Shown here: positions 1 through 8,763 of the stretch, in pieces
How positions within the stretch are numbered: position 1 is the first letter of the stretch
Layout of the letters: each line of letters starts with the position of its first letter
Source of the DNA: Desulfobaccales bacterium
GTDB lineage: Bacteria; Desulfobacterota; Desulfobaccia; Desulfobaccales; 0-14-0-80-60-11
Length of the DNA stretch: 45,620 nt
Assembly: GCA_030694005.1 (NCBI GenBank)
Contig: JAUXZG010000021.1
Location: 1-45,620, forward strand
Direction of reading: 5' to 3'
The notes under the pieces: model-generated
Database searches by the model: none
The model's input: the letters and a program-made list of their open reading frames with translations, nothing else
What the model was told of the DNA's origin: nothing
Made by a program: the position numbers and the translations under genes

Positions 1-93
1 GTTAAGACCGCCATCATTATCGACCACAGCTTTCTCGGCGACCTTTATTTCTCCTGGCAGGAGAAAAGGTCAACCGACGGAACCCGGCAGTAA
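1..93 (+). CDS. 3' end of an unidentified upstream gene (partial)
   Basis: Frame 1 is open from the window edge to TAA at 91-93 (...IIDHSFLGDLYFSWQEKRSTDGTRQ*). Too short to assign a family. Confidence 0.25.
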   Translation, partial: VKTAIIIDHSFLGDLYFSWQEKRSTDGTRQ

Positions 94-227
94 AACGCGA
101 GTAATGATACTTGGGAATTTTCTAAAAGATTATAGAAGTAACCCTTATTACTGAAAAGAAGGCTTTAATGTTCCAGGAGACCCCACCGGTCCCATGCAGT
201 ATGTCTATGATAAAGGAGAGGCCCTAG

Positions 228-1217
228 ATGACCGTCCAGTTTGTGCTCGAACCGTTTGATCCATGCCCTTTATCCAGGCAGGGCCTTCTGGACGGCGGCA
301 CCGCGAGCACCACCGACCTCATGGCCCTGGATATTCAGTGCAAGTACCTCTTTTTGGATGAAGAGGGGCAGGTTTACCACCAGTACTCCCTGCCCACCAA
401 CGCCGACATTCACAACTGCGCCGGCTATGTGGACAAGGTGGTCAAATATCGCGACCCGGCCCTCCTGCATCATTTTCAAACCCATGGGGTGAAGCTCGCG
501 TCGCTGCAGAGCGACGCCTTTCCGATTCTGGCCAGCCGCTCTCCGCAACTGGACCTCATCCTCTTTGACCTGATCCGCCATCTACGGATCAATTTGGGAC
601 TTAAGCGGGTGAGCCTGTTCGATTTGGGCTGCACCGTGGCGGAACACTGGGACCTGCTGGACGTCATGTTGCAAGCCGCCTCTGCCGGCAAAGATCATGC
701 CGCCGCTGTGCTCTCCTATTGTGGCCTGGACAAGTCAGTTATGCTGTTGACCATCGCCCGGCTCTTGCACCATGAGTTGGCTCCGGAGCACTTCCGGCTT
801 ATCAAGGCCGACGGCTCCAGGTTTGTCATTGCAGACCAGGAATTTGACCTGTCGTTGAGCGTCGGGGTCATCAACCACGTGGCTGCCCCACTCTTGGCCC
901 TGGAAAAGATTATTCGCGCTACCCGCTATGCCAGCGTACTGGCCCTCTGGGTTACCCTGGAAGACCAGGGGTTTTCGGCCATCGTCCACTCCGGGCTGCC
1001 ATTTTACTTTTTTTCCAAAAAGGATATCTTGTCCTTTCAAGCCCTGCACCCTGAGGGCCGCTTTTACCTGCTGAACTTCATCCCTGAGTCTGACAACCCT
1101 CAGGAACGGAGTTTCATCGGCATCGGCCAGGAGAGGATCAAACAACTGGGCTGCTACCATCTGGTTTATACTACTCTTGCGCAGCCGCCTTTCGCCGCGG
1201 ACTTGCTGCAACCCTAA
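228..1217 (+). CDS. hypothetical protein, possibly a divergent methyltransferase-like fold
   Basis: 329-aa ORF with AAGGAG at 213-218 upstream of the ATG. 'VSLFDLGCTVAEHWD' looks like a degenerate SAM motif I. No confident family. Confidence 0.6.
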   Translation: MTVQFVLEPFDPCPLSRQGLLDGGTASTTDLMALDIQCKYLFLDEEGQVYHQYSLPTNADIHNCAGYVDKVVKYRDPALLHHFQTHGVKLASLQSDAFPILASRSPQLDLILFDLIRHLRINLGLKRVSLFDLGCTVAEHWDLLDVMLQAASAGKDHAAAVLSYCGLDKSVMLLTIARLLHHELAPEHFRLIKADGSRFVIADQEFDLSLSVGVINHVAAPLLALEKIIRATRYASVLALWVTLEDQGFSAIVHSGLPFYFFSKKDILSFQALHPEGRFYLLNFIPESDNPQERSFIGIGQERIKQLGCYHLVYTTLAQPPFAADLLQP

Positions 1218-1262
1218 GCCGCGGCGTACAAGGGAAATTAAGCCATGCAAAAAAAGCTTTTC
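1149..1262. repeat. left copy of a 114-bp direct repeat flanking the duplicated segment
   Basis: Aligns without gaps to 2592-2705 (about 94/114 identical by hand). Covers the 3' end of ORF 228-1217, a spacer and 'ATGCAAAAAAAGCTTTTC'. Confidence 0.75.
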
Positions 1263-1367
1263 ATGCCCCATTCCGACGCAATTCTTCATCAGATGTTAAT
1301 TACTTCCAAAATGCCTCAGTCTCATTTTATGGTCACGGCCTATTTTCTTAGGAAGGCCCAGCTCTGA
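1263..1367 (+). CDS. 34-codon upstream ORF coupled to the following gene (copy 1)
   Basis: MPHSDAILHQMLITSKMPQSHFMVTAYFLRKAQL*. Same length and frame as 15517-15621, with shared residues (MP..ILHQ..S..P.SHFM.TA..LR). Its TGA overlaps the next ATG (TGATG). An in-frame 6-codon extension from ATG 1245 is possible. Confidence 0.4.
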   Translation: MPHSDAILHQMLITSKMPQSHFMVTAYFLRKAQL

Positions 1368-2443
1368 TGCTGACCTTGGCCAAAACCCTGGCAGACCAGG
1401 CAGACCTGGCGGCCCTGTGCGCCGACCGGCCTCTTCAAACCCGGGAAATCTTCCTGGGCAATGCTTTTTATGGGGGCGACCGGATCCTCAAGGCCTACAG
1501 CGGCTATGAGGGAATTCTGAAGGCGGTCCTGCCCCACGGACCCCATTTGGTAGACCGCCTCGTCTGGAAGGACGAAGTTGAGGCGCCGGTGCCGGCGATC
1601 TTTTATTTCAGCCCCATCATGAAGAAGGCCTTTGAAAGACAGACCACAAAAATGGTGCTGCCTTTGGCCTCTCCTTTCCTTTATGTCATAGAACTGCTGA
1701 AGGGCCAGCCCCAGCCGGAACGCCGGGGCACCATCTTCTTTCCGGGGCATTCTTCCCACCACACCGCGGTTACGATGGATTTCGCCGATATGGCCGCCAA
1801 GCTGGCGGGGCTGGCGGACGAATACCAGCCGGTGACCGTGTGCCTGTTCTGGAAGGATTGTCTTTTCGGGTACCACCAGCCCTTCCAGGAGCGGGGCATT
1901 CCGGTGGTCTCTGCTGGCCACATGTATGACCCTGATTTTCTTTTCCGTTTTTACCATCTGTGTTCCCAGCACCGCTACGCCGCCAGCAACTATACCCGGG
2001 GTTCGGCCACCTTCTATTCCGTAAAGGCGGGGTGTTCTTTTTTCTTTCTTGACCCTTATGGATGCGAATTTGACAGATATGAGGTTGATAACATCTACTA
2101 TGTGCCTGAGCACGAACTCGACGGAAGGCTCGTAAAGATGTTCCAGCCCCCTCGGCCGGCCACTACCCCGGACCAGATGGAATTTGTGGATTATATTTTG
2201 GGGACTGCTTATTTGACCTCCCCGGAAGGGGTCCGGCAGCAGCTGCGCACCGCCGATAAGTGGGACAAGAGGCCCATCTGGGCGCGGTGCCCGGACGGCG
2301 GCAAAAAATTGGTGCTCCCCACCTACTTTAAGAGGAAGATAAATTCTCTGTGGTTTGTCTTGAGAAATTTTCGCCAGGCCCTGAAGGCGTGGCTCAAAGG
2401 TTGGCGCCAGAAATGGGTCGGCCAGGGCTCGTTGTTTTCCTAG
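1367..2443 (+). CDS. hypothetical protein, paralog A of 15621-16700
   Basis: 358-aa ORF, collinear with and roughly three-quarters identical by eye to the 359-aa ORF at 15621. Conserved blocks are TIFFPGHSSH, SAGHMYDPDF and RYAASNYT..SATFY.VKAGC.FFFLDP. Family not recognised. Confidence 0.75.
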   Translation: MLTLAKTLADQADLAALCADRPLQTREIFLGNAFYGGDRILKAYSGYEGILKAVLPHGPHLVDRLVWKDEVEAPVPAIFYFSPIMKKAFERQTTKMVLPLASPFLYVIELLKGQPQPERRGTIFFPGHSSHHTAVTMDFADMAAKLAGLADEYQPVTVCLFWKDCLFGYHQPFQERGIPVVSAGHMYDPDFLFRFYHLCSQHRYAASNYTRGSATFYSVKAGCSFFFLDPYGCEFDRYEVDNIYYVPEHELDGRLVKMFQPPRPATTPDQMEFVDYILGTAYLTSPEGVRQQLRTADKWDKRPIWARCPDGGKKLVLPTYFKRKINSLWFVLRNFRQALKAWLKGWRQKWVGQGSLFS

Positions 2444-2540
2444 AAATAATGGTCTTTTAGGGGCTTAACTGCTTGGGGGAGACTGCCCCATAAGCGGCCG
2501 ATCTAACCGGCAAAGTGGTTCCGGGCTGGGGTAAGGCGCT

Positions 2541-2599
2541 ATGATGCCAACCGTGAAAAGGTCTCCCGAAGACCGGGCTTATTTGAACCTTGGCTGCTG
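2541..2599 (+). pseudogene. 5' fragment of a methyltransferase gene carried along with the duplication
   Basis: MMPTVKRSPEDRAYLNLGCC matches the N-terminus of the intact gene at 16792 (MGATVNRSPEGLIYLNLGCG). It then breaks into the 114-bp repeat. Confidence 0.55.
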
Positions 2600-2705
2600 C
2601 CATCTAATTTACACTACCCTGAAGCAACCGCCTTTCGCCGCGGACTTGCTGCAATCCTGAGCTGCGGAGAATAAGGAAACCAATGCCATGCAAAAAAAGC
2701 TTTTC
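2592..2705. repeat. right copy of the 114-bp direct repeat
   Basis: See 1149-1262. Contains a relic of the ORF-228 C-terminus (..TTLKQPPFAADLLQS*) and the real start of ORF 2688. Confidence 0.75.
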
Positions 2706-3572
2706 TGGTGCGCCGGCAAATTCACCTACGCCAGCGGCTCTCCCCAGCTTTTACATTACATGCCCCTGAAGGACTTCCTCATAGAAGACTCTTTGGATTT
2801 GAGCCACCTTTTTTTCCTCAGGACGCTGCGTTTCAAGGCGGAGGCCCTGGCGGACAACGCCATGCAGGACGAAGGGCTGATGCGCTGGATGGAGGGCACC
2901 GCGGTCAAGATGGTGGGGGAAGCGGCTTTCCAGATACTCAAGGCTGACGGCAAACCCGGGGCCGGGCAAATCCACTTGACCGAGTTCTATCCCGGGGTGG
3001 GCCTAAACTTTGAATACCTCAAACTCTTGCTGGAAAAATTCGGGGCCGCAGGCCAGGAATTCATTCCTCCCGGGCTGCGCTACGAGGTCTGCGGGCCAGA
3101 GCCTTTCAAGCTCAAGTTTGAGGTCCTGCACGCTGACGACGCCTACCCTTGCCGTTATGCGGTGGACCGCTTGGAGGGCCATCAGCAGCTCCGCCATGCC
3201 GGCCGCCACGCGCACCTGGTCATTTACAACCACAATCAAACCATCCGCCAGCCTCAGGACCCGGTGGTGGGGCTGGAAGATTTTTTCGCCGCAGTGCGGG
3301 TGCCGGCCCTGGTGGCGGTCAGGGCCACCATCGCGGCCGCGGACCAGTGGCTCACCACGGTGAAAGGCCGGACGGTCAAAGTCCCGGCGCTGAGACGCCT
3401 GCTGGACCTGTGCCGGCAGGGAGACGGCCTCTGGCACTACCGCTTTGCTTCCGGGATGGATGCGGACTTCTTCCTGCCGCCCCAGCAAGAGGCCACCGGA
3501 CTCTTCTTAGCTTACCAGGCCGGACCGGCAGCGCCGCTGCCGGGATTTGCCCCGGTGATGCCCACCGGATAA
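2688..3572 (+). CDS. hypothetical protein
   Basis: 294-aa ORF with host-like GC and a purine-rich stretch upstream of the ATG. No motif I can name with confidence. Confidence 0.6.
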   Translation: MQKKLFWCAGKFTYASGSPQLLHYMPLKDFLIEDSLDLSHLFFLRTLRFKAEALADNAMQDEGLMRWMEGTAVKMVGEAAFQILKADGKPGAGQIHLTEFYPGVGLNFEYLKLLLEKFGAAGQEFIPPGLRYEVCGPEPFKLKFEVLHADDAYPCRYAVDRLEGHQQLRHAGRHAHLVIYNHNQTIRQPQDPVVGLEDFFAAVRVPALVAVRATIAAADQWLTTVKGRTVKVPALRRLLDLCRQGDGLWHYRFASGMDADFFLPPQQEATGLFLAYQAGPAAPLPGFAPVMPTG

Positions 3573-3586
3573 TTTAGGAGGTTCCC

Positions 3587-4324
3587 ATGTCTGAAGGTGA
3601 AAGCCGAAGAGATTACCTGACCACAAAATATTTAGAATACCAGAAACAGTACGCCGGCAACCTGCGTGAAAGCGACAAGGTTCTCATTGCCTTGATTAAA
3701 GAGACGATGAGCAACTACCCCAAAAAAAATCACAGGTTGCTTGAAGTTGGATGTTCTTCTGGTAACTTAATTTTACATCTAAAAAAGGCGTTGCCCATGG
3801 TTGAATTTCATGGCATAGACTTGTTTCCTGAGATTATCGAAGTGTCAAAGAGTAATCCAGATCTCTCGGACGTAATATTTAACGTTATGGATGTCCGCAA
3901 CTTAACTTATCAAGATAAATTTGATTTCATTGTCATGAATGCTGTGTTATCTTACTTTAAAGGTGATGAACTAAACCTGGTGATTTCTAATGTGGCTCGG
4001 GTCACGGATTCTGGGGGGTGGTTGTTTGCGTTCTCCCCCTTGAACCCTTTCGAGCAAGAAATCCATATAATTGAAATTTCGACCGCCCACCCCCGTGAAG
4101 CTATTTTCAATTTCCATTCTTATTTGACCATGGAAAAATTATTAAGAAACCATGGTTTTGCCAACCTGGAATTCAGGCCCTTTTCCATTCCCATCGACCT
4201 CGATGGGGGAAATGACTTCCGGGACCTTAAGACTTACACCATCCGCACGGCTCAAGGGGAACGGTTGAATTTCCGGGGTTCTTTGTTCCAGCCCTGGTGC
4301 CACCTCAAGGCCCGGAAAGAGTGA
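3587..4324 (+). CDS. class I SAM-dependent methyltransferase (low-GC gene)
   Basis: AGGAGG 6 nt upstream of the ATG. Motif I is 'LLEVGCSSGNL', followed by an acidic loop 'GIDL' and 'FDFIVMNAVL'. Visibly AT-richer than both neighbours. Confidence 0.8.
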   Translation: MSEGESRRDYLTTKYLEYQKQYAGNLRESDKVLIALIKETMSNYPKKNHRLLEVGCSSGNLILHLKKALPMVEFHGIDLFPEIIEVSKSNPDLSDVIFNVMDVRNLTYQDKFDFIVMNAVLSYFKGDELNLVISNVARVTDSGGWLFAFSPLNPFEQEIHIIEISTAHPREAIFNFHSYLTMEKLLRNHGFANLEFRPFSIPIDLDGGNDFRDLKTYTIRTAQGERLNFRGSLFQPWCHLKARKE

Positions 4325-4638
4325 GGTCTGGCGCCAGGATGGGGGATGCAGCTAAATTGGCCTGGCTATATTCCGAAAGGATGCCGGCCACGGCGTACTA
4401 TGAACCTGACGCTCAGCGTATTCCATTATTCATTGCCGCTGGTGGTGCCCCTGGTCCTGGCGGAAATCGGCACCAACGAGAACGCCACCATGGCGGCCCG
4501 GGACCGTACCACGGAAATGCGCCGCTTGAGTTGGATAAAGGAAAGCCGGAAGCGCCTGGTGCGCGTCGGCGGCTGAGATGGTTTAACCCCCTCAACACGG
4601 AAATAACGAGGGGCTGCCCCCGAATAGGAAACCAATTT

Positions 4639-6045
4639 ATGACCAGACCTGATCCGAATGCCACCGAAGCGGGACGGGAAATCATCGCCCTAACCTGCCA
4701 GTTGTGCGCCTTCGCCACCGGGGTGGTGGCTCCGGCCAACCAGGACCTGTTCGCCCGCATTGCCCGGGAGTTGTCCATAAAATTGCATCGCTATCCTTCC
4801 GGGGCGGCCTTCAACGGCTGGCTGGTGCCCCAGATGTGGCAGGTTGACAAAGCCATCATCAGCAAAGACGGGCAGCAGGTCTTTGACGGCACCGCCCACC
4901 CCCTGGGGGTGGCGGTCTATTCCCGCTCCTTTCAGGGGGAGCTGGATTTAGAAGACCTCAAGGCCCACCTGGTGACCAACCCCAGGCTGCCCCAGGCCTA
5001 TGTCTATCACTGCATGTGGCAGTACCGGCCGTGGGCCGCCGACTGGGCCTTGTGCGTCCCCTATGAGACCTACCAGACCTTGGCGCCCGGCCGCTACCGC
5101 GTTGACCTTAAGACCGCTTACGAGCCGGGGGAAATGCTGGTGGGCGCCTACGAACATCCGGGCCAAGCAGAGAGCACCATAGTGTTCAACGCCCACACCT
5201 GCCACCCTCACATGGCCAACGACGACATGGCCGGGGTGGCGGTGCTCATCCGGCTGTTTCAGTGGCTCCAAGGCCAAAAGACCCGCTACACCTACCGCCT
5301 GGTGCTGGGGCCGGAGCACCTGGGCACGGTTTTTTACTTAAGGGACCAGGGCCCTCAGCAGTTGGCGCGCCTGGTGAGCGGCGTCTTCGCCGAGATGCCG
5401 GGCACTCCTTACCCCTTAAAGATCGCCTCATCTTTTCTGGGGGGGCAGACCATTGATCTGGCCTTCCGCCATGCGGCGCGCCACTACGCCCTGGCCTGGG
5501 AGACGGTGCCCTGGCGTCAGGGCGCGGGCAACGACGAGACCGTCTGGGAGGCCCCGGGCTATGAGGTTCCCTTTGTGGAGGTGAGCCGGGCCCGGCACCT
5601 TTTGGACCCCTATCCCGAATATCACACCAGCCTGGACAGCCCGGACCTCCTGGACGCCCACCAGCTTGAGGAGTTTTTTCAGGTACTTGTCCAGGTCATC
5701 TGGATCTTAGAGCACAACTGCCGGGTGTACCGGAAGTTCGACGGGCTTTTGTGCCTGTCCAATCCGGCCTACGACCTCTACCAGGAGCGCCCGGACCCGG
5801 CGGTGGCCAAGGATTTGGCGCCGGACTCCGAAAAGTGGGGCTATTTCCTGGACTGCCTGTTACGTTATCTGGACGGTTCGCTGACTATTTTGGACATGGC
5901 GGAGAAACACGACCTGCCCTTTGCCCGGGTGTATGACTACCTCTTGAAGTTCGCGGCCAAGGGGCTGGTAAGCCTTGAGTTCGCGCCCATCTTGCGCCGG
6001 CCCGTTTCCCGGCCCCTGGGGGCGTCGGCCCTCCGGGGGGAGTGA
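4639..6045 (+). CDS. DUF4910 / aminopeptidase-like domain protein (M28-like, polysaccharide-cluster associated) with a C-terminal winged-helix region
   Basis: 'HTCHPHMANDDMAGVAVL', 'YTYRLVLGPEHLGTVFYL' and 'PYPEYHTSLDSPD' fit this family. I start the gene at ATG 4639 rather than the track's 4297. Confidence 0.75.
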   Translation: MTRPDPNATEAGREIIALTCQLCAFATGVVAPANQDLFARIARELSIKLHRYPSGAAFNGWLVPQMWQVDKAIISKDGQQVFDGTAHPLGVAVYSRSFQGELDLEDLKAHLVTNPRLPQAYVYHCMWQYRPWAADWALCVPYETYQTLAPGRYRVDLKTAYEPGEMLVGAYEHPGQAESTIVFNAHTCHPHMANDDMAGVAVLIRLFQWLQGQKTRYTYRLVLGPEHLGTVFYLRDQGPQQLARLVSGVFAEMPGTPYPLKIASSFLGGQTIDLAFRHAARHYALAWETVPWRQGAGNDETVWEAPGYEVPFVEVSRARHLLDPYPEYHTSLDSPDLLDAHQLEEFFQVLVQVIWILEHNCRVYRKFDGLLCLSNPAYDLYQERPDPAVAKDLAPDSEKWGYFLDCLLRYLDGSLTILDMAEKHDLPFARVYDYLLKFAAKGLVSLEFAPILRRPVSRPLGASALRGE

Positions 6046-6054
6046 GGCAGACTC

Positions 6055-6696
6055 ATGGAGTTGGCCATCATTGACCTCAAGAACATGGGCAACATCCAGT
6101 CGGTGCTGGGGGCCTTTCAGCGGGTGGGGGCCACGGTGGCAATTGTCACCAGCCCCGAGGAGCTAGAGAGGGCCCGGGCTGTGGTCCTGCCCGGGGTGGG
6201 GGCCTTTGGCGAGGGCATGGCCAGCCTCAAGCGGCTTGGTCTGGTGCAGGCCCTTAAGGAGCACGCCCTTAATAAACAGAAACCCCTTTTGGGCATCTGT
6301 CTCGGCATGCAGTTGCTGGCCGAAGAGGGCCTGGAGCACGGCCGCCACGCCGGGCTGGGGTTTTTGCCCGGCCGGGTGGTGCCGTTGCCACCCCGGGTGG
6401 AGGGGTGCCGCATCCCCAACATGGGCTGGTGCGACGTCACCCTCAGCCGGCCGGACAGCCGCCTGTTCGCCGCCACCCGCAACCATGAGGCGTTTTACTT
6501 TGCCCACAGCTTTTACTTTAAATGCCTTAACCCCGGGGATGTGGCCGCCACCATCGACTACGGCGGGCCCATCACTGCGGCGGTGGAGCGGGGCAACCTC
6601 TTCGGGATGCAGTTTCACCCGGAAAAGAGCCAGGAAGCGGGACTGGACCTGCTCTACCACTTCTGCCGGCACGTGCGCCGGCATTTTGGAGACTGA
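6055..6696 (+). CDS. hisH: glutamine amidotransferase, HisH family (WbuY-like paralog in a glycan context)
   Basis: Class-I GATase triad motifs: 'LLGICLGMQLL' (Cys) and 'GMQFHPEKS' (His/Glu). 213 aa. Confidence 0.9.
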   Translation: MELAIIDLKNMGNIQSVLGAFQRVGATVAIVTSPEELERARAVVLPGVGAFGEGMASLKRLGLVQALKEHALNKQKPLLGICLGMQLLAEEGLEHGRHAGLGFLPGRVVPLPPRVEGCRIPNMGWCDVTLSRPDSRLFAATRNHEAFYFAHSFYFKCLNPGDVAATIDYGGPITAAVERGNLFGMQFHPEKSQEAGLDLLYHFCRHVRRHFGD

Positions 6697-6708
6697 GGCT
6701 TTCTTCCC

Positions 6709-8760
6709 ATGGTGCGCCCCCGCTTGATTCCGGTCCTGCTGTTGAAACACGGGTTGCTGGTGCGCAGCCAGCTTTTCAAGGTCCACCAGGCCATCGGCAA
6801 CCCCATGAGCACTATCATGCGCCTGTCCAACTGGAATGTGGACGAACTCATCCTGCTGGACATCAGCCAGGACGATTACCACGACTTACGGAGGGACGAC
6901 CTCTACCAGCAGTATGAAGGCACCTCGGCCCTTGACGTGCTCAAGGCCATCGTGCCGGTGTGTTTCATGCCGCTGACCTTCGGCGGCCGCATCCGCACCC
7001 TGGAGGACATCCAGTTGCGGCTGAATCTGGGCGCCGACAAATGCGTGATCAACACCATAGCCCTTGAGGACCCCGACTTCATAGCCGCGGCCGCCCGGCG
7101 GTTCGGGTCCCAGTGCATCGTGGTCAACCTGGACGTCAGGCGCCACCCCGACGGCCGCTACGAAGTCTACGGCCAATCCGGCCAGCGCCCCAGCGGCCGC
7201 GACCCGGTGAGCTGGGTGCGCCAGGCAGTGGAGCTGGGCGCCGGGGAGGTCTTTCTCAACTCCATCGACCGGGACGGCTCCGCCCTGGGCTACGACCTGG
7301 ACCTGATCAAGCTGGTGACCGTTGCCACCACGGTGCCGGTGATCGTCTGCGGCGGGGTGGGGCACTACGGCGATTTTCCCCCGGGCATTTTAGAGGGGGG
7401 GGCCAGCGCCGCGGCCGCGGCCAACATTTTTCACTTTTTTGAAAACAGCTATCCCTTTGCCAAGAAGGCCTGCCTTAAGGCGGGCATCCCCATGCGGCCC
7501 ATCAACCTGAACAACCGCTGGTTTCCCCGGGAGCCGGTGTACCCACGCCAGGCGGAGGACGCCAAGATAACCCGGCGGCTGGAGTTGGCCGCGGCCGGGC
7601 CGGGCGCTGGGACCAGGCCGGAGAAGCAGCATCAGGTGCGCTGGTGCAGCCGTTGCGTCTACCCCTCCATCAGTGCCGCGCCCATGGAGTTCGATGAGCA
7701 CGGCGTGTGCATGGGCTGCCGCATGGCCGAGGCCAAGGAGGCCATCACTCCGGATGAGTGGGCCCGGCGCCGCCAGATGCTCAGGGAAGTCCTGGAGCAT
7801 TACCGCTGCCGGGACGGCGGCGCATACGACTGCGTCATCGCCGTGAGCGGCGGCAAGGACAGCTACTTCCAGACTCACGTGATCAAAAACGAGTTCGGCC
7901 TCAACCCGGTTCTGGTCACTTACAACGGCAACAACTACCTGGAGGCCGGCTGGCGCAACGTCCACCGTATGAAGGAAGTCTTCGGAGTGGACCATGTTTT
8001 TTTCTCCCCCAGCGTGGACTTGTTAGTGAAACTGAACCGCCTGGGTTTTATCATCATGGGGGACATGAACTGGCACGCCCACGTGGGCATCACCACCCTA
8101 CCGGTGCGCTTCGCGGTGCATTTCAAAACCCCCCTGGTGATCTGGGGGGAGCACGGCTACCTTGACCTGTGCGGCCAGTTTTCGGTGGTGGACTTTCCGG
8201 AAATGAGCTACCGTGACCGCCTGGAGCATTTCGCCCGGGGCTTCGAATGGAATTACATGGTGGGCCGGGATGGCATAAAATCCGAGGAAATGATCCCCTA
8301 CAAGTACCCCAGCGACCAGGAGCTTTTCGATCTAGATGTCAGAGGCATTTATTTGGGGAACTACCTCTATTGGGAGGCCAACGAACACAGCCGCATGGTG
8401 GTGGAGAAGTATGGCTTTCAGGTGCATCCGGAGCCCTTTGAGCGCACCTACCGCCGCATGTCCAATCTGGATGACATGCATGAAAACGGAGCCCACGACT
8501 ACTTGAAATACATCAAATTCGGCTACGGCCGCTGCACCGACCACGTTTGCAAAGACATCCGGGCAGGCCTAATGTCCCGGGATCAAGGCATCGACCTGGT
8601 GAGCCGCATGGACCACGTGAAGCCCCGGGACCTGTACCGCTGGCTCAACTACGTGGGCATGACGGAAGCGGAGTTCGACCGCCTGGCCGACACCTTTAGG
8701 GACCCCCGGGTGTGGCGCCGGCAGGACGGCCAGTGGGTCAAGGACAACCTGTGGGATTGA
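6709..8760 (+). CDS. fusion protein: HisF-like (WbuZ-type) barrel joined to an N-acetyl sugar amidotransferase (WbuX/PseA/WbpG-type PP-loop enzyme)
   Basis: The N-terminal ~260 aa are HisF-like ('RLIPVLLLKHGLLVRS', 'GADKCVINT', 'NSIDRDGSALGYD', 'VIVCGGVG'). The C-terminal half has a Cys4 ribbon (CSRC...CMGC) and the PP-loop 'VIAVSGGKDS'. Confidence 0.85.
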   Translation: MVRPRLIPVLLLKHGLLVRSQLFKVHQAIGNPMSTIMRLSNWNVDELILLDISQDDYHDLRRDDLYQQYEGTSALDVLKAIVPVCFMPLTFGGRIRTLEDIQLRLNLGADKCVINTIALEDPDFIAAAARRFGSQCIVVNLDVRRHPDGRYEVYGQSGQRPSGRDPVSWVRQAVELGAGEVFLNSIDRDGSALGYDLDLIKLVTVATTVPVIVCGGVGHYGDFPPGILEGGASAAAAANIFHFFENSYPFAKKACLKAGIPMRPINLNNRWFPREPVYPRQAEDAKITRRLELAAAGPGAGTRPEKQHQVRWCSRCVYPSISAAPMEFDEHGVCMGCRMAEAKEAITPDEWARRRQMLREVLEHYRCRDGGAYDCVIAVSGGKDSYFQTHVIKNEFGLNPVLVTYNGNNYLEAGWRNVHRMKEVFGVDHVFFSPSVDLLVKLNRLGFIIMGDMNWHAHVGITTLPVRFAVHFKTPLVIWGEHGYLDLCGQFSVVDFPEMSYRDRLEHFARGFEWNYMVGRDGIKSEEMIPYKYPSDQELFDLDVRGIYLGNYLYWEANEHSRMVVEKYGFQVHPEPFERTYRRMSNLDDMHENGAHDYLKYIKFGYGRCTDHVCKDIRAGLMSRDQGIDLVSRMDHVKPRDLYRWLNYVGMTEAEFDRLADTFRDPRVWRRQDGQWVKDNLWD

Positions 8761-8763
8761 GCC

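Noticed and set aside
3431-3448. Sigma-54 -24/-12 promoter candidates (TGGCAC...TTGC), sought because an NtrC-type activator is present
   Set aside because: The best TGGCAC occurrence (TGGCACTACCGCTTTGCT) has the wrong GG-to-GC spacing and lies inside a CDS. Other TGGCAC or GTGCCA sites lack a TTGC partner. I would not call any site without a genome-wide scan.
4440-4570. Cobalamin riboswitch in the 314-bp spacer, considered because a B12-dependent rSAM gene is in the island
   Set aside because: Some GGTGCC / GGAAATCGG-like strings are present. I could find no B12-box-like core or the expected conserved order, so there is not enough to call.
4297-4638. N-terminal 114 codons of the track ORF 4297..6045, overlapping the end of the methyltransferase gene
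   Set aside because: The peptide is Pro/Gly/Arg-rich and low-complexity (..AAGGAPGPGGNRHQRERHHGGPGP..). Similarity to the DUF4910 family starts only after Met115 (ATG 4639). I treat it as an open frame in GC-rich DNA, not as coding sequence.
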